Notes under the pieces: model-generated | Seen by the model: only the letters and a program-made list of their open reading frames with translations | What the model was told of the DNA's origin: nothing | Databases searched by the model: none | Shown: positions 1-10,751 of the stretch, in pieces | How positions within the stretch are numbered: the stretch's first letter is position 1 | Layout: each line of letters starts with the position of its first letter | Made by a program: the position numbers and the translations under genes | Assembly: GCA_045863295.1 (NCBI GenBank) | Contig: BTWA01000010.1 | Coordinates: forward strand, 96,001-160,000 | Direction of reading: 5' to 3' | Length of the DNA stretch: 64,000 nucleotides | Source of the DNA: Candidatus Hydrogenedentota bacterium | Lineage (GTDB): Bacteria; Hydrogenedentota; Hydrogenedentia; Hydrogenedentales; SLHB01

Positions 1-295
1 GTGTGCGAGGCACCGCCTCGCTGCCGCCAAATCGCGTCCGCACCATGTCCACCGTGCGCTGGTACCCGTCGTACTGCAGCGGAAAATTCTTGCCCCACAC
101 CGCCGGATCCACGGTGTCGTCATCGAGTTCCACCACCCGGAAGAAGGGATTCTTCGCTTCCTGCTTGCGCTCGAAAATATTCACCAGCAGCGCCGTGGCC
201 GCAATTCCGCCTACCAGCGCCACGACGCCGGTCAGCGCAATGATGGTCAGAATCCGGCGTGTCATTCCCGGTGGATTTGCGTTCGTGTCGCTCAT
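1..295 (-). CDS. nrfA: ammonia-forming cytochrome c nitrite reductase, catalytic subunit (N-terminal part; runs off the window)
   Basis: Manual translation from ATG 295: MSDTNANPPGMTRRILTIIALTGVVALVGGIAATALLVNIFERKQEAKNPFFRVVELDDDTVDPAVWGKNFPLQYDGY..., a typical NrfA N-terminus. It lies directly downstream of nrfH. The heme motifs are outside the window. Confidence 0.85.
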   Translation of the reverse strand, partial: MSDTNANPPGMTRRILTIIALTGVVALVGGIAATALLVNIFERKQEAKNPFFRVVELDDDTVDPAVWGKNFPLQYDGYQRTVDMVRTRFGGSEAVPRT

Positions 296-323
296 AGTCG
301 CTATCCCTCTGCTTGTATCCGTT

Positions 324-800
324 TCATTGATGCCCCACGGTCGAGTGGCAGCGCACGCACGACATGGCCTGCGAAGGATCGTCGTGGTTCAGATCGATCG
401 AATGGACGACGTCCTCATGGCATCGCCGGCACGCCTCCTCCGTCACACGGAGATTCCGGCCCGTGATCTGAATCGGTTCATGGAAATTGCCCGTCGTGAA
501 CGCCTTGGAATGATGCCAGCCATTGAGCGCCTTAACCGTGTATTTGGAAAGAAGGGGTTTCGGCGTATGGCAGTCGTTGCACACCGCCACGTGCCGGTGT
601 CCCGATTTCAACCAGGCCGAGTACTGATCTTCCATTACATGACAATTGGCGCATGCGCGAGGGTCATCTGTCATGTACGAGGCGCCTTTGGCATAGACAA
701 ACGTATACGCGCCGACACCCGAGGCCGATCCCGCGATCAAGCCAACCGCCACCGAAATGGCCAAAAGCAATCGCCAACGCCCTTGCAGCGTCCTGACCAT
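324..800 (-). CDS. nrfH: tetraheme cytochrome c nitrite reductase small subunit
   Basis: N-terminal TM helix, YTFVYAKGASYM, and four CxxCH motifs (CANCH, CNDCH, CRRCH, CVRCH). Confidence 0.95.
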   Translation of the reverse strand: MVRTLQGRWRLLLAISVAVGLIAGSASGVGAYTFVYAKGASYMTDDPRACANCHVMEDQYSAWLKSGHRHVAVCNDCHTPKPLLSKYTVKALNGWHHSKAFTTGNFHEPIQITGRNLRVTEEACRRCHEDVVHSIDLNHDDPSQAMSCVRCHSTVGHQ

Positions 801-825
801 GCCTATCCCTCTCCCTCGATCCCAA

Positions 826-1302
826 TCATACCGCCGGCCGATTACGCGTCAAACACGCCAGCACCCGCCGCATGCGGCAAGGGGCGACTCCCACCAACGC
901 GCCCGACGGCCCTGGCTTGACCGCCAACTGTGCGATGGTCCAGCTACGCAGCGTACCCACTATTGCATGATGCAACTCAAGCATAGCACAATGAAACGCG
1001 CAAACTTCATTCACCGGCTCATGATCCACGCAATAGTCGGCCAAAACCTTGCCCTGGCACGCCTCCACAACATCCAAAAGCGCAATCGCCTCCGCATCGC
1101 GGCTCAGCGTGACACCGCCGCGCATGCCACGCTGAGCTCGCAACAAATCGGCCTTCGTCAAGGTCGAACAGATCTTCGCCATGTAACTCGGAGACGTGCC
1201 CGTCATATCCGCCAACTCCTTCGGCGTCGCCGGCCCCGGCAACTCGCGCCGGGCCAAATACACCAAAACTTGAATGGCTGTCTCAGAAGTCTGCGTAAGC
1301 AC
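826..1302 (-). CDS. Rrf2-family transcriptional regulator (NsrR-like)
   Basis: wHTH with SPSYMAKI and RGMRGG; C-terminal Cys cluster (YC..VC.FHC) that could bind an Fe-S cluster. Confidence 0.9.
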   Translation of the reverse strand: MLTQTSETAIQVLVYLARRELPGPATPKELADMTGTSPSYMAKICSTLTKADLLRAQRGMRGGVTLSRDAEAIALLDVVEACQGKVLADYCVDHEPVNEVCAFHCAMLELHHAIVGTLRSWTIAQLAVKPGPSGALVGVAPCRMRRVLACLTRNRPAV

Positions 1303-1321
1303 GTCCCGATCCCCCCAATCC

Positions 1322-2623
1322 CTAGGCCCCCGCCATCACGGCCTCGACGTCCGCGGCCGCATCCGATCCAATCGGCTGCAGGTCAAACTTCTCCTGCAAA
1401 ACGCGAAGCACGTTCGGCGACACAAACGCGGGCAACGCCGGCCCCAACCGGATGCCCTTCACCCCAAGATACAACAGCGTCAGCAAGACTGCCACCGCTT
1501 TTTGCTCGAACCACGAGATGAGCAGCGTCAACGGCAGGTCGTTCACCCCGCACTTGAACGCATTGGCCAGCGCCAGCGCAATCTGAACCGCGCCATACGC
1601 GTCGTTGCACTGGCCCAGATCGAGCAGGCGCGGAAGACCACCCACCGTTCCGTAGTCGTGTTCCCGAATCCGGAACTTGCCGCAACCAAGCGTCAATATC
1701 ACCGTATCATTCGGAAGACCGTACGCAAAATCCCGGAAATAGTTACGGCCGGGTTCGGCTCCGTCGCAACCCCCAATAACAAAAAACCGGCGTACCGCGC
1801 CTGACTTCACGGCCTCCACCACGGCATCCGCCAGACTCAGCACCACACTGTAGTGATGCCCGATATCCGCCTCCTTGATTGCCGTTGGCTTCAAGGGTCC
1901 AATCGCGATCGCCTTCTGGATAACCTCCGTGAAATCGTCGCCGCTCAACCGGGCCGCGCCGGGTACCGCCGTCACACGCGTGGTATACAGCCGATCCAGA
2001 TACGTGTTGATCGCGGGATTGGGAATGAGCACGCAGTTGGTCGTCGCAAGAATCGGCCCGCCAAACGCCTCAAACTCCATCCGCTGCTTTTGCCACGCGC
2101 CGCCGTAGTTCCCCGCCAGATGCGGATATTTCTTCAATTCCGGATACATATGCGCCGGCAGCATCTCGCCATGGGTGTATACCTTCACGCCGGTTCCCGC
2201 GGTCTGCTCCAACAGTCGCTTCAGGTCCACCAAGTCATGCCCCGTCACCAGAATCCCGGGACCCTCTTGAATGCCCTCTTTGATGCGAACCGGGGCTGGC
2301 TTGCCAAACACTTCCACGTGCCCGTCGTTCAGCATCTGCATGACCTTAAGATTCATGCGGCCGCACTCCATGTTCATGTCGAACAGGGACGCCATATCGA
2401 AGTTCACATTCGTGACCGTCGCGAAGAGGGCCTCTTCCACAAACGCGTCCACTTCCGGGTCGGTCTTTCCCAGCCGCCGCGCGTGGTGCTTGTACGCCGC
2501 GAGGCCTTTCAATCCGTACAAGAGAATCTTCTGAAGCGATTCCACATCCGGATCTTTTCCGCACACGCCCGTCTCGGTGCACGCCACCCCGTCGCGTACT
2601 TGTTCACATTGGTCGCAATGCAT
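1322..2623 (-). CDS. hcp: hybrid cluster protein (hydroxylamine/NO reductase), short class III-like form
   Basis: N-terminal CxxC-x8-C-x5-C; hybrid-cluster motifs TGHD, HGEM, TTNC, GGCDG, LGCG, GQCND, WFEQK; 433 aa; strong RBS GAGGAGG. Confidence 0.95.
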   Translation of the reverse strand: MHCDQCEQVRDGVACTETGVCGKDPDVESLQKILLYGLKGLAAYKHHARRLGKTDPEVDAFVEEALFATVTNVNFDMASLFDMNMECGRMNLKVMQMLNDGHVEVFGKPAPVRIKEGIQEGPGILVTGHDLVDLKRLLEQTAGTGVKVYTHGEMLPAHMYPELKKYPHLAGNYGGAWQKQRMEFEAFGGPILATTNCVLIPNPAINTYLDRLYTTRVTAVPGAARLSGDDFTEVIQKAIAIGPLKPTAIKEADIGHHYSVVLSLADAVVEAVKSGAVRRFFVIGGCDGAEPGRNYFRDFAYGLPNDTVILTLGCGKFRIREHDYGTVGGLPRLLDLGQCNDAYGAVQIALALANAFKCGVNDLPLTLLISWFEQKAVAVLLTLLYLGVKGIRLGPALPAFVSPNVLRVLQEKFDLQPIGSDAAADVEAVMAGA

Positions 2624-2716
2624 GATTGGCTCCTCCTCATGGTGTTGGCCGGTACAATCGTGTCTGGTCTTGGCCGGTCTGCATGGGGGGAGTGTCAGGC
2701 CGTCGCGACGACTAAC

Positions 2717-2758
2717 GCATAATTTAGATATACTATATCTGAAATATCTTAATTATGC
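2717..2758. promoter_or_regulatory. AT-rich nested palindrome upstream of hcp; candidate Rrf2 operator
   Basis: gcataatt...aattatgc encloses the 7-1-7 palindrome agatata-c-tatatct (2726-2740) in a GC-rich genome, about 100 bp upstream of the hcp start. Confidence 0.55.
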
Positions 2759-3129
2759 AAATGTGCGCATAAAGCCGGTATGGGCAACGGAATCCGCAGG
2801 GCGAAGGGAATACTTGGCCAGGCTGTAACGTTTATCACAACGAAATGTATTGTAAGTCCATGAAAAATCCCAGGCACATACCAGCAAGGCGATTGCCCTA
2901 GCCGCCTACATCGCGCCCCAATGCGGGCCTTCGCGATTCTCTTGGGATTTTCCTCCAAACCTTTCCACTTCTCCCAACGTCTTAAGTGCGGATAAGTCAA
3001 GTGAATAGGAAATTCCCAAAAATAGGCGGCACTGGTACAACTGGAAACCAAAACGGGCAGGCGGGGTTTAATAGTGTAATGGACACCCCAAGTAGTGCCA
3101 GGCTCGAAACCATCGGGGAAGTAAACGAA

Positions 3130-3498
3130 ATGAACGCAGTATCAAACGACTTACGCCGGAACACCCGCGCCCCTATCGCGGTGTGCGCGTGGATCGATTT
3201 CCGGGGAGAAACCAAAAGCCGGGGCATGACCTCCGTCGACCTTTCGGTGGACGGCGCCCGCTTTATCTCCATGCGGCCTGTCACGGAAGGTGATCTACTC
3301 ATCATCCGCCTCCAATTGCATGCCGCTGGCGAGCCTGTGGAATGCAAAGCCCGGGTTTCGTGGAACAAGCGCCTCCCGAGTGGGCTGCACCAGTTCGCGG
3401 TGCGCTTCCTGGACCTCTGTGACGACGAACGCGACGAGATTCAGGCGCTGGTCGACGGATATTTCACCCGCGGCCTCGTGTTCAGTTTGGCGGTATAA
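3130..3498 (+). CDS. stand-alone PilZ-domain protein (c-di-GMP receptor)
   Basis: RxxxR (RRNTR) and DxSxxG (DLSVDG) motifs; ends in VRF. Confidence 0.85.
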   Translation: MNAVSNDLRRNTRAPIAVCAWIDFRGETKSRGMTSVDLSVDGARFISMRPVTEGDLLIIRLQLHAAGEPVECKARVSWNKRLPSGLHQFAVRFLDLCDDERDEIQALVDGYFTRGLVFSLAV

Positions 3499-3518
3499 CC
3501 TCCTTCGTAGACGATACG

Positions 3519-3549
3519 ACCCCACGGCCTTGCCGCCGTGGGGTTTTTT
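3519..3549 (+). terminator. intrinsic terminator after the PilZ gene
   Basis: accccacggc-cttgcc-gccgtggggt hairpin followed by a T run. Confidence 0.85.
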
Positions 3550-3613
3550 CATGCCTTGGCAGCCATGATTCGTTTTGCTACGATGTGGTTGTTGTCCAAC
3601 AGGAACTGTTTCG

Positions 3614-4984
<1,371 letters not shown>

Positions 4985-5067
4985 CGGTGTACGTCCGCAT
5001 TCTTCATTTGACCTCCCGGCCCGCAGCCCTGCATCATGCCTGAAACACAACGACACGGAGCGAACCC

Positions 5068-6438
5068 ATGCCCAGGATTTCATTGCCGGCCGTCTTCTGC
5101 TTTCTGATCGCCGCCGCGCACGCCGACATCGACGTACGCGGCACGCACCTTTCCAATCCCGCGCTGGTCCAGGAAGCCGCTTCCGGAAAGCGCGTTGAGG
5201 CCAACGCGGGATGGTGGGGGTTCCACCCGGAAGACGCCACGGACATTCTCCAGGCCGCGCTCGATTCCGGCGTTAAAAAACTGGTGATACCCTTTATGGG
5301 CCAGCCGTGGATCACCCGTCCACTCAACGTGCCCAGCAACATTGAGATTCTCTTCGAGCCCGGCGTGCTTCTACTCGCCAAGCGCGGCGAATTCAAAGGC
5401 GGCGGCGATTCGCTTCTCTCCGTGATGAGCAAGGAGAACGTGGTCATTCGCGGCTACGGCGCGACTCTGCGCATGTGGAAAAGGGATTACCAGAAACCGC
5501 CCTACGAAAAAGCCGAATGGCGGATGGGCATTCGCATCATGGGCAGCAAGAAGGTCACCGTCGAAGGACTCCGCATTGAGAGCTCCGGCGGCGACGGCAT
5601 CTACGTCGGCGCGGGCGGCAACCTCAATTGGTGCGAAGACGTCACCGTGCGCGATTGCGTTGTACACGACAATCACCGCCAGGGGATCAGCGTCATCAGC
5701 GCGCGCAACCTGCTGATCGAGAATTGCGTCTTCTCCAACACCGGCGGCACACCGCCCGAGGCCGGCATCGACATTGAATGCGACGCCGAAACCGATTGCT
5801 TCGTCAACTGCGTCATTCGCAATTGCGTCTTCGAATCCAACAGCGGCCACGCCATTCTCGTCTACCTCAAGCCCATGACCGCGAAAACCGAAGACATTTC
5901 GATCCGCTTCGAGAATTGCCACTCCCGCATGGGCTCTCCCGGCATGGTGCTCGACGATTTTCAGGATATGAAACAAACCGGCTGGGCCGGTATTTCCGTC
6001 GGCGCCATCAGAGACGACGGCCCCAACGGCCTCATTGAGTTCATTAACTGCACCACCGAAAACACGGGCAAGGAAAGCGTTCGCATTTACGACAAATCCG
6101 CCGACCGCGTGAAGGTGCGTTTCGTCAATTGCAGCTTCAAACAGCCGTGGGTCTCCGCGTTCCGCGAAGAAGGCATTCCCCGCGTGCCCATTCTTCTGCA
6201 TGCGCGCCGCCCGCACCTCGCGCAAACCGTGGGCAACGTCGAGTTCGTCAACTGCCATGTCTTCGACAACGCCTACCGCCCCGCCGTTCGCTTCGAAGAA
6301 GACGCCCCGACCCAGGGGATGAAAAACGTATCCGGCGACATCACCGTACACAACATCACCGGGGCGAGGGCCTACTTCGGAGCCAAAACCGAGAACGTCA
6401 CTCTGAACATCCTCGACGGCATGCCGAAGAAGGAGTAA
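5068..6438 (+). CDS. secreted right-handed parallel beta-helix protein (pectin lyase-like fold)
   Basis: Signal peptide; repeated beta-helix motifs (GGDGIYV, NHRQGISV, IENCVF, GIDIE, FENC/FINC/FVNC). Confidence 0.75.
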   Translation: MPRISLPAVFCFLIAAAHADIDVRGTHLSNPALVQEAASGKRVEANAGWWGFHPEDATDILQAALDSGVKKLVIPFMGQPWITRPLNVPSNIEILFEPGVLLLAKRGEFKGGGDSLLSVMSKENVVIRGYGATLRMWKRDYQKPPYEKAEWRMGIRIMGSKKVTVEGLRIESSGGDGIYVGAGGNLNWCEDVTVRDCVVHDNHRQGISVISARNLLIENCVFSNTGGTPPEAGIDIECDAETDCFVNCVIRNCVFESNSGHAILVYLKPMTAKTEDISIRFENCHSRMGSPGMVLDDFQDMKQTGWAGISVGAIRDDGPNGLIEFINCTTENTGKESVRIYDKSADRVKVRFVNCSFKQPWVSAFREEGIPRVPILLHARRPHLAQTVGNVEFVNCHVFDNAYRPAVRFEEDAPTQGMKNVSGDITVHNITGARAYFGAKTENVTLNILDGMPKKE

Positions 6439-6463
6439 TTCGCATAGGGCGCCGCGCTACCGT

Positions 6464-7450
6464 CTACGGGCCGCTACATCCGGCCTGGCGCCTTCGGCGG
6501 CGCTTCGGCGGATTCGCCGGCGTGACCAGGCTCGTGAAATTCTTTCCCGTGGGGCGGCCTTCGGCCTGAAGGAGGCTTGCCGCCGCCAGCGAATCCTCCG
6601 GGTCAGGCGGAAAGTGGAGTTCCTCCTGGGATTCCGGGGTGAGATCCGTGTCGACTTCCATCCGCATGATCTGTTTCATGGCGCTTTCGGGAGTGTGATC
6701 GAGGTCATAGGGCGACAGAAGTTTTCGCATATGCCGGTACTCCCAGAGTATGCGCATGAAAACCTGGACCTCCGCGCTGGGCCGGTCGTTACCGGGTTTT
6801 CCATCCGGCGACACACTGCGCTGCGTAAGCCGGGCGCGGCCCATGGCGGTAGCCGAACGGGACATCAAGACCTGAAGCATCGCGAGCGCGTGGACCACAT
6901 GCCGGTCAAACGGGTTCGCGTTTCTGCCGGTATCCACGAGGGCCATGCCTTCGGTCACGGCGGTGTTGTATTCGACCTGCTCATAGGGGCAGATGGGCCG
7001 GTCCTTCTCGTCCATCGCCTCGACCTCTTTCGTGGCACAAGGGCAGGCCTTCCAGAGGTGGCAATGGGGGCCGCATACCATGAGGCGGCGCGAATACAAT
7101 CCGTGAACCACGGCGTTCCGGTTGCCCTCCGGCGCGCCGGTGAGATTGAAACCGCCGTGGAACCGGCAACGGCCATTGTCGTGGTTGGGGTCCAGGGGGC
7201 ATGGCGTGCCTGACGGCGTGCGCGCCCCGCAAATCCGCTTTCCGAGTTCTTCTTCCCTGGTTTCCACGGCGGCGATCCACGCATCGTCCCACGCGCGGGA
7301 ACAACGCGTGCCCCGGTGCGTAAAACGCGGTTCACCGCAGGATTCCGGGTCGCGGGCTGTCCGCATCCGCTGCAGGTGTACGCGGACCGGACGCGTCATG
7401 CCGCTCAGTCCGTCGAGCAGGTCGAGTATGGCTTTGGGTGTATTGTCCAT
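6464..7450 (-). CDS. HGGxSTG-motif, Cys-rich hypothetical protein
   Basis: CGARTPSGTPC...NGRCRFHGG..TG...GNRNAVVHGLYS, followed by a second Cys cluster. Confidence 0.7.
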   Translation of the reverse strand: MDNTPKAILDLLDGLSGMTRPVRVHLQRMRTARDPESCGEPRFTHRGTRCSRAWDDAWIAAVETREEELGKRICGARTPSGTPCPLDPNHDNGRCRFHGGFNLTGAPEGNRNAVVHGLYSRRLMVCGPHCHLWKACPCATKEVEAMDEKDRPICPYEQVEYNTAVTEGMALVDTGRNANPFDRHVVHALAMLQVLMSRSATAMGRARLTQRSVSPDGKPGNDRPSAEVQVFMRILWEYRHMRKLLSPYDLDHTPESAMKQIMRMEVDTDLTPESQEELHFPPDPEDSLAAASLLQAEGRPTGKNFTSLVTPANPPKRRRRRQAGCSGP

Positions 7451-7494
7451 GGGGTATATCCTCTACCCATATAGCCCACGGCGTTGCATTTCCT

Positions 7495-7531
7495 TAGCGG
7501 ATTGAAACAAGGGGTATTGATGGATATTCGC
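7495..7531. repeat. 37-bp dispersed repeat, copy A
   Basis: tagcggattgaaacaaggggtattgatggatattcgc; 34/37 identical to 19779-19815. Confidence 0.85.
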
Positions 7532-7772
7532 GCATTTCGCATCATGGCGGATTGCTAATGCCTCGAACGTGACTCCGAGAAAATCTGGGTCAGTCTATGG
7601 CTATAAACTGAGGCATGGTCAGAAACTGTGCCACACCCCAGTTGACTCACACGCATCGAACGATGAGACCAATCTGGCCGCTTTTTCGAGGCATGGAGGA
7701 CTGGGTACAGTCTCAGTGGTCGGAATCCTTGTCGCAACACGTGGGGGTGGGTATCAGGCGAATACGGGCAAA

Positions 7773-8276
7773 TCAAGTTGCCGGATTTTTGGCGGGCGTT
7801 GTCTCTACCTTTCCAATCTGACTTCTAGTGCGATTTCTCATCCGTTTTGAAACGTGGCGATAGGCCCCATAGCCGATTATGATGCCCAGGCCATTGAGAA
7901 TTACATCGTCGATGTCGACGATGCCCAACTGGAAGACGCCTTGCACGACTTCGATGGCAAGCGGACTGGCCAATGCGAGCGCGAGCGTTTTAGTCCACGT
8001 CATGTTTCGAAGGACGAAAGGAACGACAAATCCGATTGGAACAAATAGGACGATATTTCCGCCCAGGTTGAATAGCGCAATGAATCCGCCCTTTTCGCCG
8101 AGGAGGTACGGGAGGATGGTTTTGAAAGGCACCCAATTGGCTTCCCCCGTGGATCTGCTGGCGAAATTAAGTGTCATGAAACCGAGCTTCAATGACACGT
8201 GCTTGAGTATCAATAGTTTGACCAGAATCGCACTATAGAGCACAAGAAAGACAGCCGGAATCAATCGTTTTTTCAT
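7773..8276 (-). CDS. VanZ-family membrane protein
   Basis: NWVPFKTI, NLGGNIVLFVPIG, IEVVQ, DIDDVILNGLG. Confidence 0.9.
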   Translation of the reverse strand: MKKRLIPAVFLVLYSAILVKLLILKHVSLKLGFMTLNFASRSTGEANWVPFKTILPYLLGEKGGFIALFNLGGNIVLFVPIGFVVPFVLRNMTWTKTLALALASPLAIEVVQGVFQLGIVDIDDVILNGLGIIIGYGAYRHVSKRMRNRTRSQIGKVETTPAKNPAT

Positions 8277-8663
8277 GTGCGGAATGATACGCATGGCGGG
8301 ATTATCAAGCAATCGATGCGTGCGGGGAAAAACAGGAAAGACGAAAGGGGCAGAAGGGACGAAAGGGGCGTTCTTGTGAGAGCGCTTTGGACTTGGGGAG
8401 CTTAGCGGACCTCGGCGTAGCGAACCCAAGGGTTCGCCTTGAAGCTATTTGCGCGGGAGTTTTTCAAGGTCTGACAGTATCCCGACTGTCATTAAGAGCG
8501 ATTTATTGTGCGACATTGGGAGGTTTTGTCTGTCGCCCTCAGCGCCGAGATCGGATTTGTTGTCGTTGAAATCGTCTATTTGGAACTGTAGCGCGTCGTG
8601 AGGTGTTTGATGGCTTGGTGACTCATTCAATCCGTGGGAATACGAACCTCGAGGGGGCGACGT

Positions 8664-9011
8664 ATGTCTGAGGGCACTCCGGGCGCGAAGCACGGAAAGT
8701 ACTTGGTTTTGGGTTGGGTTTTTGCGCTGCTTGCGTGCGTGTTTGGCGTCATGCTTCTGGTGGTGGGCAAGGTTGCCGGGGGTATTGCATTTTTGCTGGC
8801 GGGCCTGTTGTCCTTGCCGGCTCTTTCCACGCTGGCGGCGACCTCGCGCCTGCCGAAGTGGGCGCGCGTGGCGGCGATACTCTTTTTCTGGCTGGTGGCT
8901 GTGGTCAACATTTCGGGCACCGACATTCCGCCTTCCAACAGCGTCACGGGGATCAAGTTTTTGGATCAGATTCTTACGCTCTGGGGTGCGTTTTGGGAGC
9001 GGATTCTGTAG
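8664..9011 (+). CDS. small integral membrane hypothetical protein
   Basis: About 3 hydrophobic helices; RBS GAGGGGG upstream. Confidence 0.6.
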   Translation: MSEGTPGAKHGKYLVLGWVFALLACVFGVMLLVVGKVAGGIAFLLAGLLSLPALSTLAATSRLPKWARVAAILFFWLVAVVNISGTDIPPSNSVTGIKFLDQILTLWGAFWERIL

Positions 9012-9071
9012 GAGCCGAGCGAAACGCGCCGGCAGCAATGTTACGGCCGGCCGCAGGCACTTCACGGCCCA

Positions 9072-9872
9072 CTACAAGAAGAACGGATCGGCCTCTCCCG
9101 ATGGGGCGTTGTCCTTGAGGTACTGGTCGAATTCCTCGCCGGTCACTACGAACAGGAATCCACGCATGCGGTAGTGGCCAAGTCCGCACAATTGCGCGCA
9201 TGCGATTTCGAAGGTGCGGTCGAGATCGCCTGTTTGCTTCTGGAGATCGGCCGTCGTCACTGAAGGCGTGAAGGTCACGAAGTTGCGAGTGCCGGGGACC
9301 ACATCTTTCTTCACGCGAAACTCGGGCAACGCGAAACTGTGAATCACGTCCTTTGACGCCAGATAGATCAGCGCGCGCCGATCGATCGGCAGGTAGAGTT
9401 GATTCAGCTTGACGACGTCGTCGGCTGCATGTTCGTCCTCTCGATCCAGTCCCACGGGGTTCGTCTCATCGTCCATCAACTCCGGGCTTGTCCGGCCGAA
9501 GAGCCCGTCCGGACCGGGGTAGTGCACGTTCCACGCATATTGCTGGGCCACCACGCGCACGATCACCGGGTTGTCGGCCTCGGAAGGGAGGGCGGCCACA
9601 TTTTTGACCCAGAACGGAATGGAAAACGCCACAAGCAGGAGCACTTCGACGGCCACGACGCCCATTTCAATGTAGTACGACGCGCGGCTGCGCGAGCCGG
9701 AAGGGTCGGCCTTCGGATTGCGGGAGCGCCGGAACCGCCAGAGGATGAACACTCCGTACAGCAGCCATCCCACGAAGAGGACGGCCATAAACAAATGCAC
9801 GAGCAGCATCAGACGGTCGACTTCGGCGCCTTCCTTCGAGGCAAGCATGGGCAATCCCAGCGCGGCGATCAT
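9072..9872 (-). CDS. coxB: heme-copper oxidase subunit II (CuA)
   Basis: Two TM helices, QQYAW, DVIHSF, CAQLCGLGHYRM CuA motif. Confidence 0.95.
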   Translation of the reverse strand: MIAALGLPMLASKEGAEVDRLMLLVHLFMAVLFVGWLLYGVFILWRFRRSRNPKADPSGSRSRASYYIEMGVVAVEVLLLVAFSIPFWVKNVAALPSEADNPVIVRVVAQQYAWNVHYPGPDGLFGRTSPELMDDETNPVGLDREDEHAADDVVKLNQLYLPIDRRALIYLASKDVIHSFALPEFRVKKDVVPGTRNFVTFTPSVTTADLQKQTGDLDRTFEIACAQLCGLGHYRMRGFLFVVTGEEFDQYLKDNAPSGEADPFFL

Positions 9873-10141
9873 GATTCAGGTTCCGAGGGTTCGATGGACA
9901 CGAGATTGCCGCTCTCCATGGCGTGGATGCGCCATGCGATCGATCCCACGAAGCCGACGGCTCCGGTCAACACGGCTCCGGTGCAGCCCAACAGCGTTAG
10001 AATTGCGAGGCTCATGCCTTTGGTCTGCGGTGCGTCCGCTTCGCCGAAGCAGGTGGCACAGGCCATGGCCGCGGGCGATGTGAAAAGTGCGAAGCCGCTG
10101 ACCGCGCCTGCCGCTAACCGGTTTACTATCGTTTTCCGCAT
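9869..10141 (-). CDS. small CxxC membrane protein in the oxidase operon
   Basis: Signal-like N-terminus, ACATCFG, one TM helix; its stop overlaps the coxB start (ATGA). Confidence 0.7.
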   Translation of the reverse strand: MRKTIVNRLAAGAVSGFALFTSPAAMACATCFGEADAPQTKGMSLAILTLLGCTGAVLTGAVGFVGSIAWRIHAMESGNLVSIEPSEPES

Positions 10142-10160
10142 GACCTTGGATTCCCTCTGT

Positions 10161-10751
10161 TCACACCATGCAGAACAAGAACACAATAACGGCCCACAAG
10201 AGCGCCGTGAAATTCCAAACCAACTTTGTGCACGCAAGACGATTGGCGTATGCGGCAGCGTCCGAGGAGGCTTGCGCGAATCCGGGTCCGGCGAGATAGA
10301 GGGTCCAAACCCAGGTTGCGAACGCATGGAGAATGGCTACGCCGCTGAACACGTAGAACAACGCGTGAAACGTGTCTGTGGACGGGGTGATGCCTTGCTG
10401 CCACAGCCGGAGTCCGGCGAACTTCATCAATCCGATGGCCGCGAATCCCAGCGCAATGACTATTGCCAGGTGCTTTCGCGCTTCCGGTGCGCGCGGATAT
10501 TGCATTGTCTTTGCGGCCTTTGCCATGAACACCCATACCAACGCCATAACGATTAACGTAATGAACATCAAACTTGCGGACAGCGTTTCCTTTCCGTCGG
10601 GCCAGTAATCGGCAGCCGTGCGCAGCAAGACATAACTTGATGCGAATGCGCTGCAGAACATGAACTCCGCCGCGAGGAAAAGCCATGTGCCCAGCTTGGC
10701 ATTGGTCATGCCCGTTTCCGGGCGCGGTGTGTTTGTGAAGGGCTGGGACAT
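10161..10751 (-). CDS. coxC: heme-copper oxidase subunit III (short form)
   Basis: GMTNAKLGTWLFLAAEFMF; C-terminal WNF...LW; TGATG overlap with subunit I. Confidence 0.85.
   Translation of the reverse strand: MSQPFTNTPRPETGMTNAKLGTWLFLAAEFMFCSAFASSYVLLRTAADYWPDGKETLSASLMFITLIVMALVWVFMAKAAKTMQYPRAPEARKHLAIVIALGFAAIGLMKFAGLRLWQQGITPSTDTFHALFYVFSGVAILHAFATWVWTLYLAGPGFAQASSDAAAYANRLACTKLVWNFTALLWAVIVFLFCMV

Noticed and set aside
3..920. 305-aa plus-strand ORF
   Set aside because: Antisense to nrfA and nrfH.
2760..3129. c-di-GMP riboswitch upstream of the PilZ gene
   Set aside because: No c-di-GMP-I or -II consensus or GNRA/receptor architecture visible.
7555..7850. Short ORFs between the HGGxSTG gene and VanZ
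   Set aside because: No motif, RBS or codon-bias support; possibly decayed DNA.
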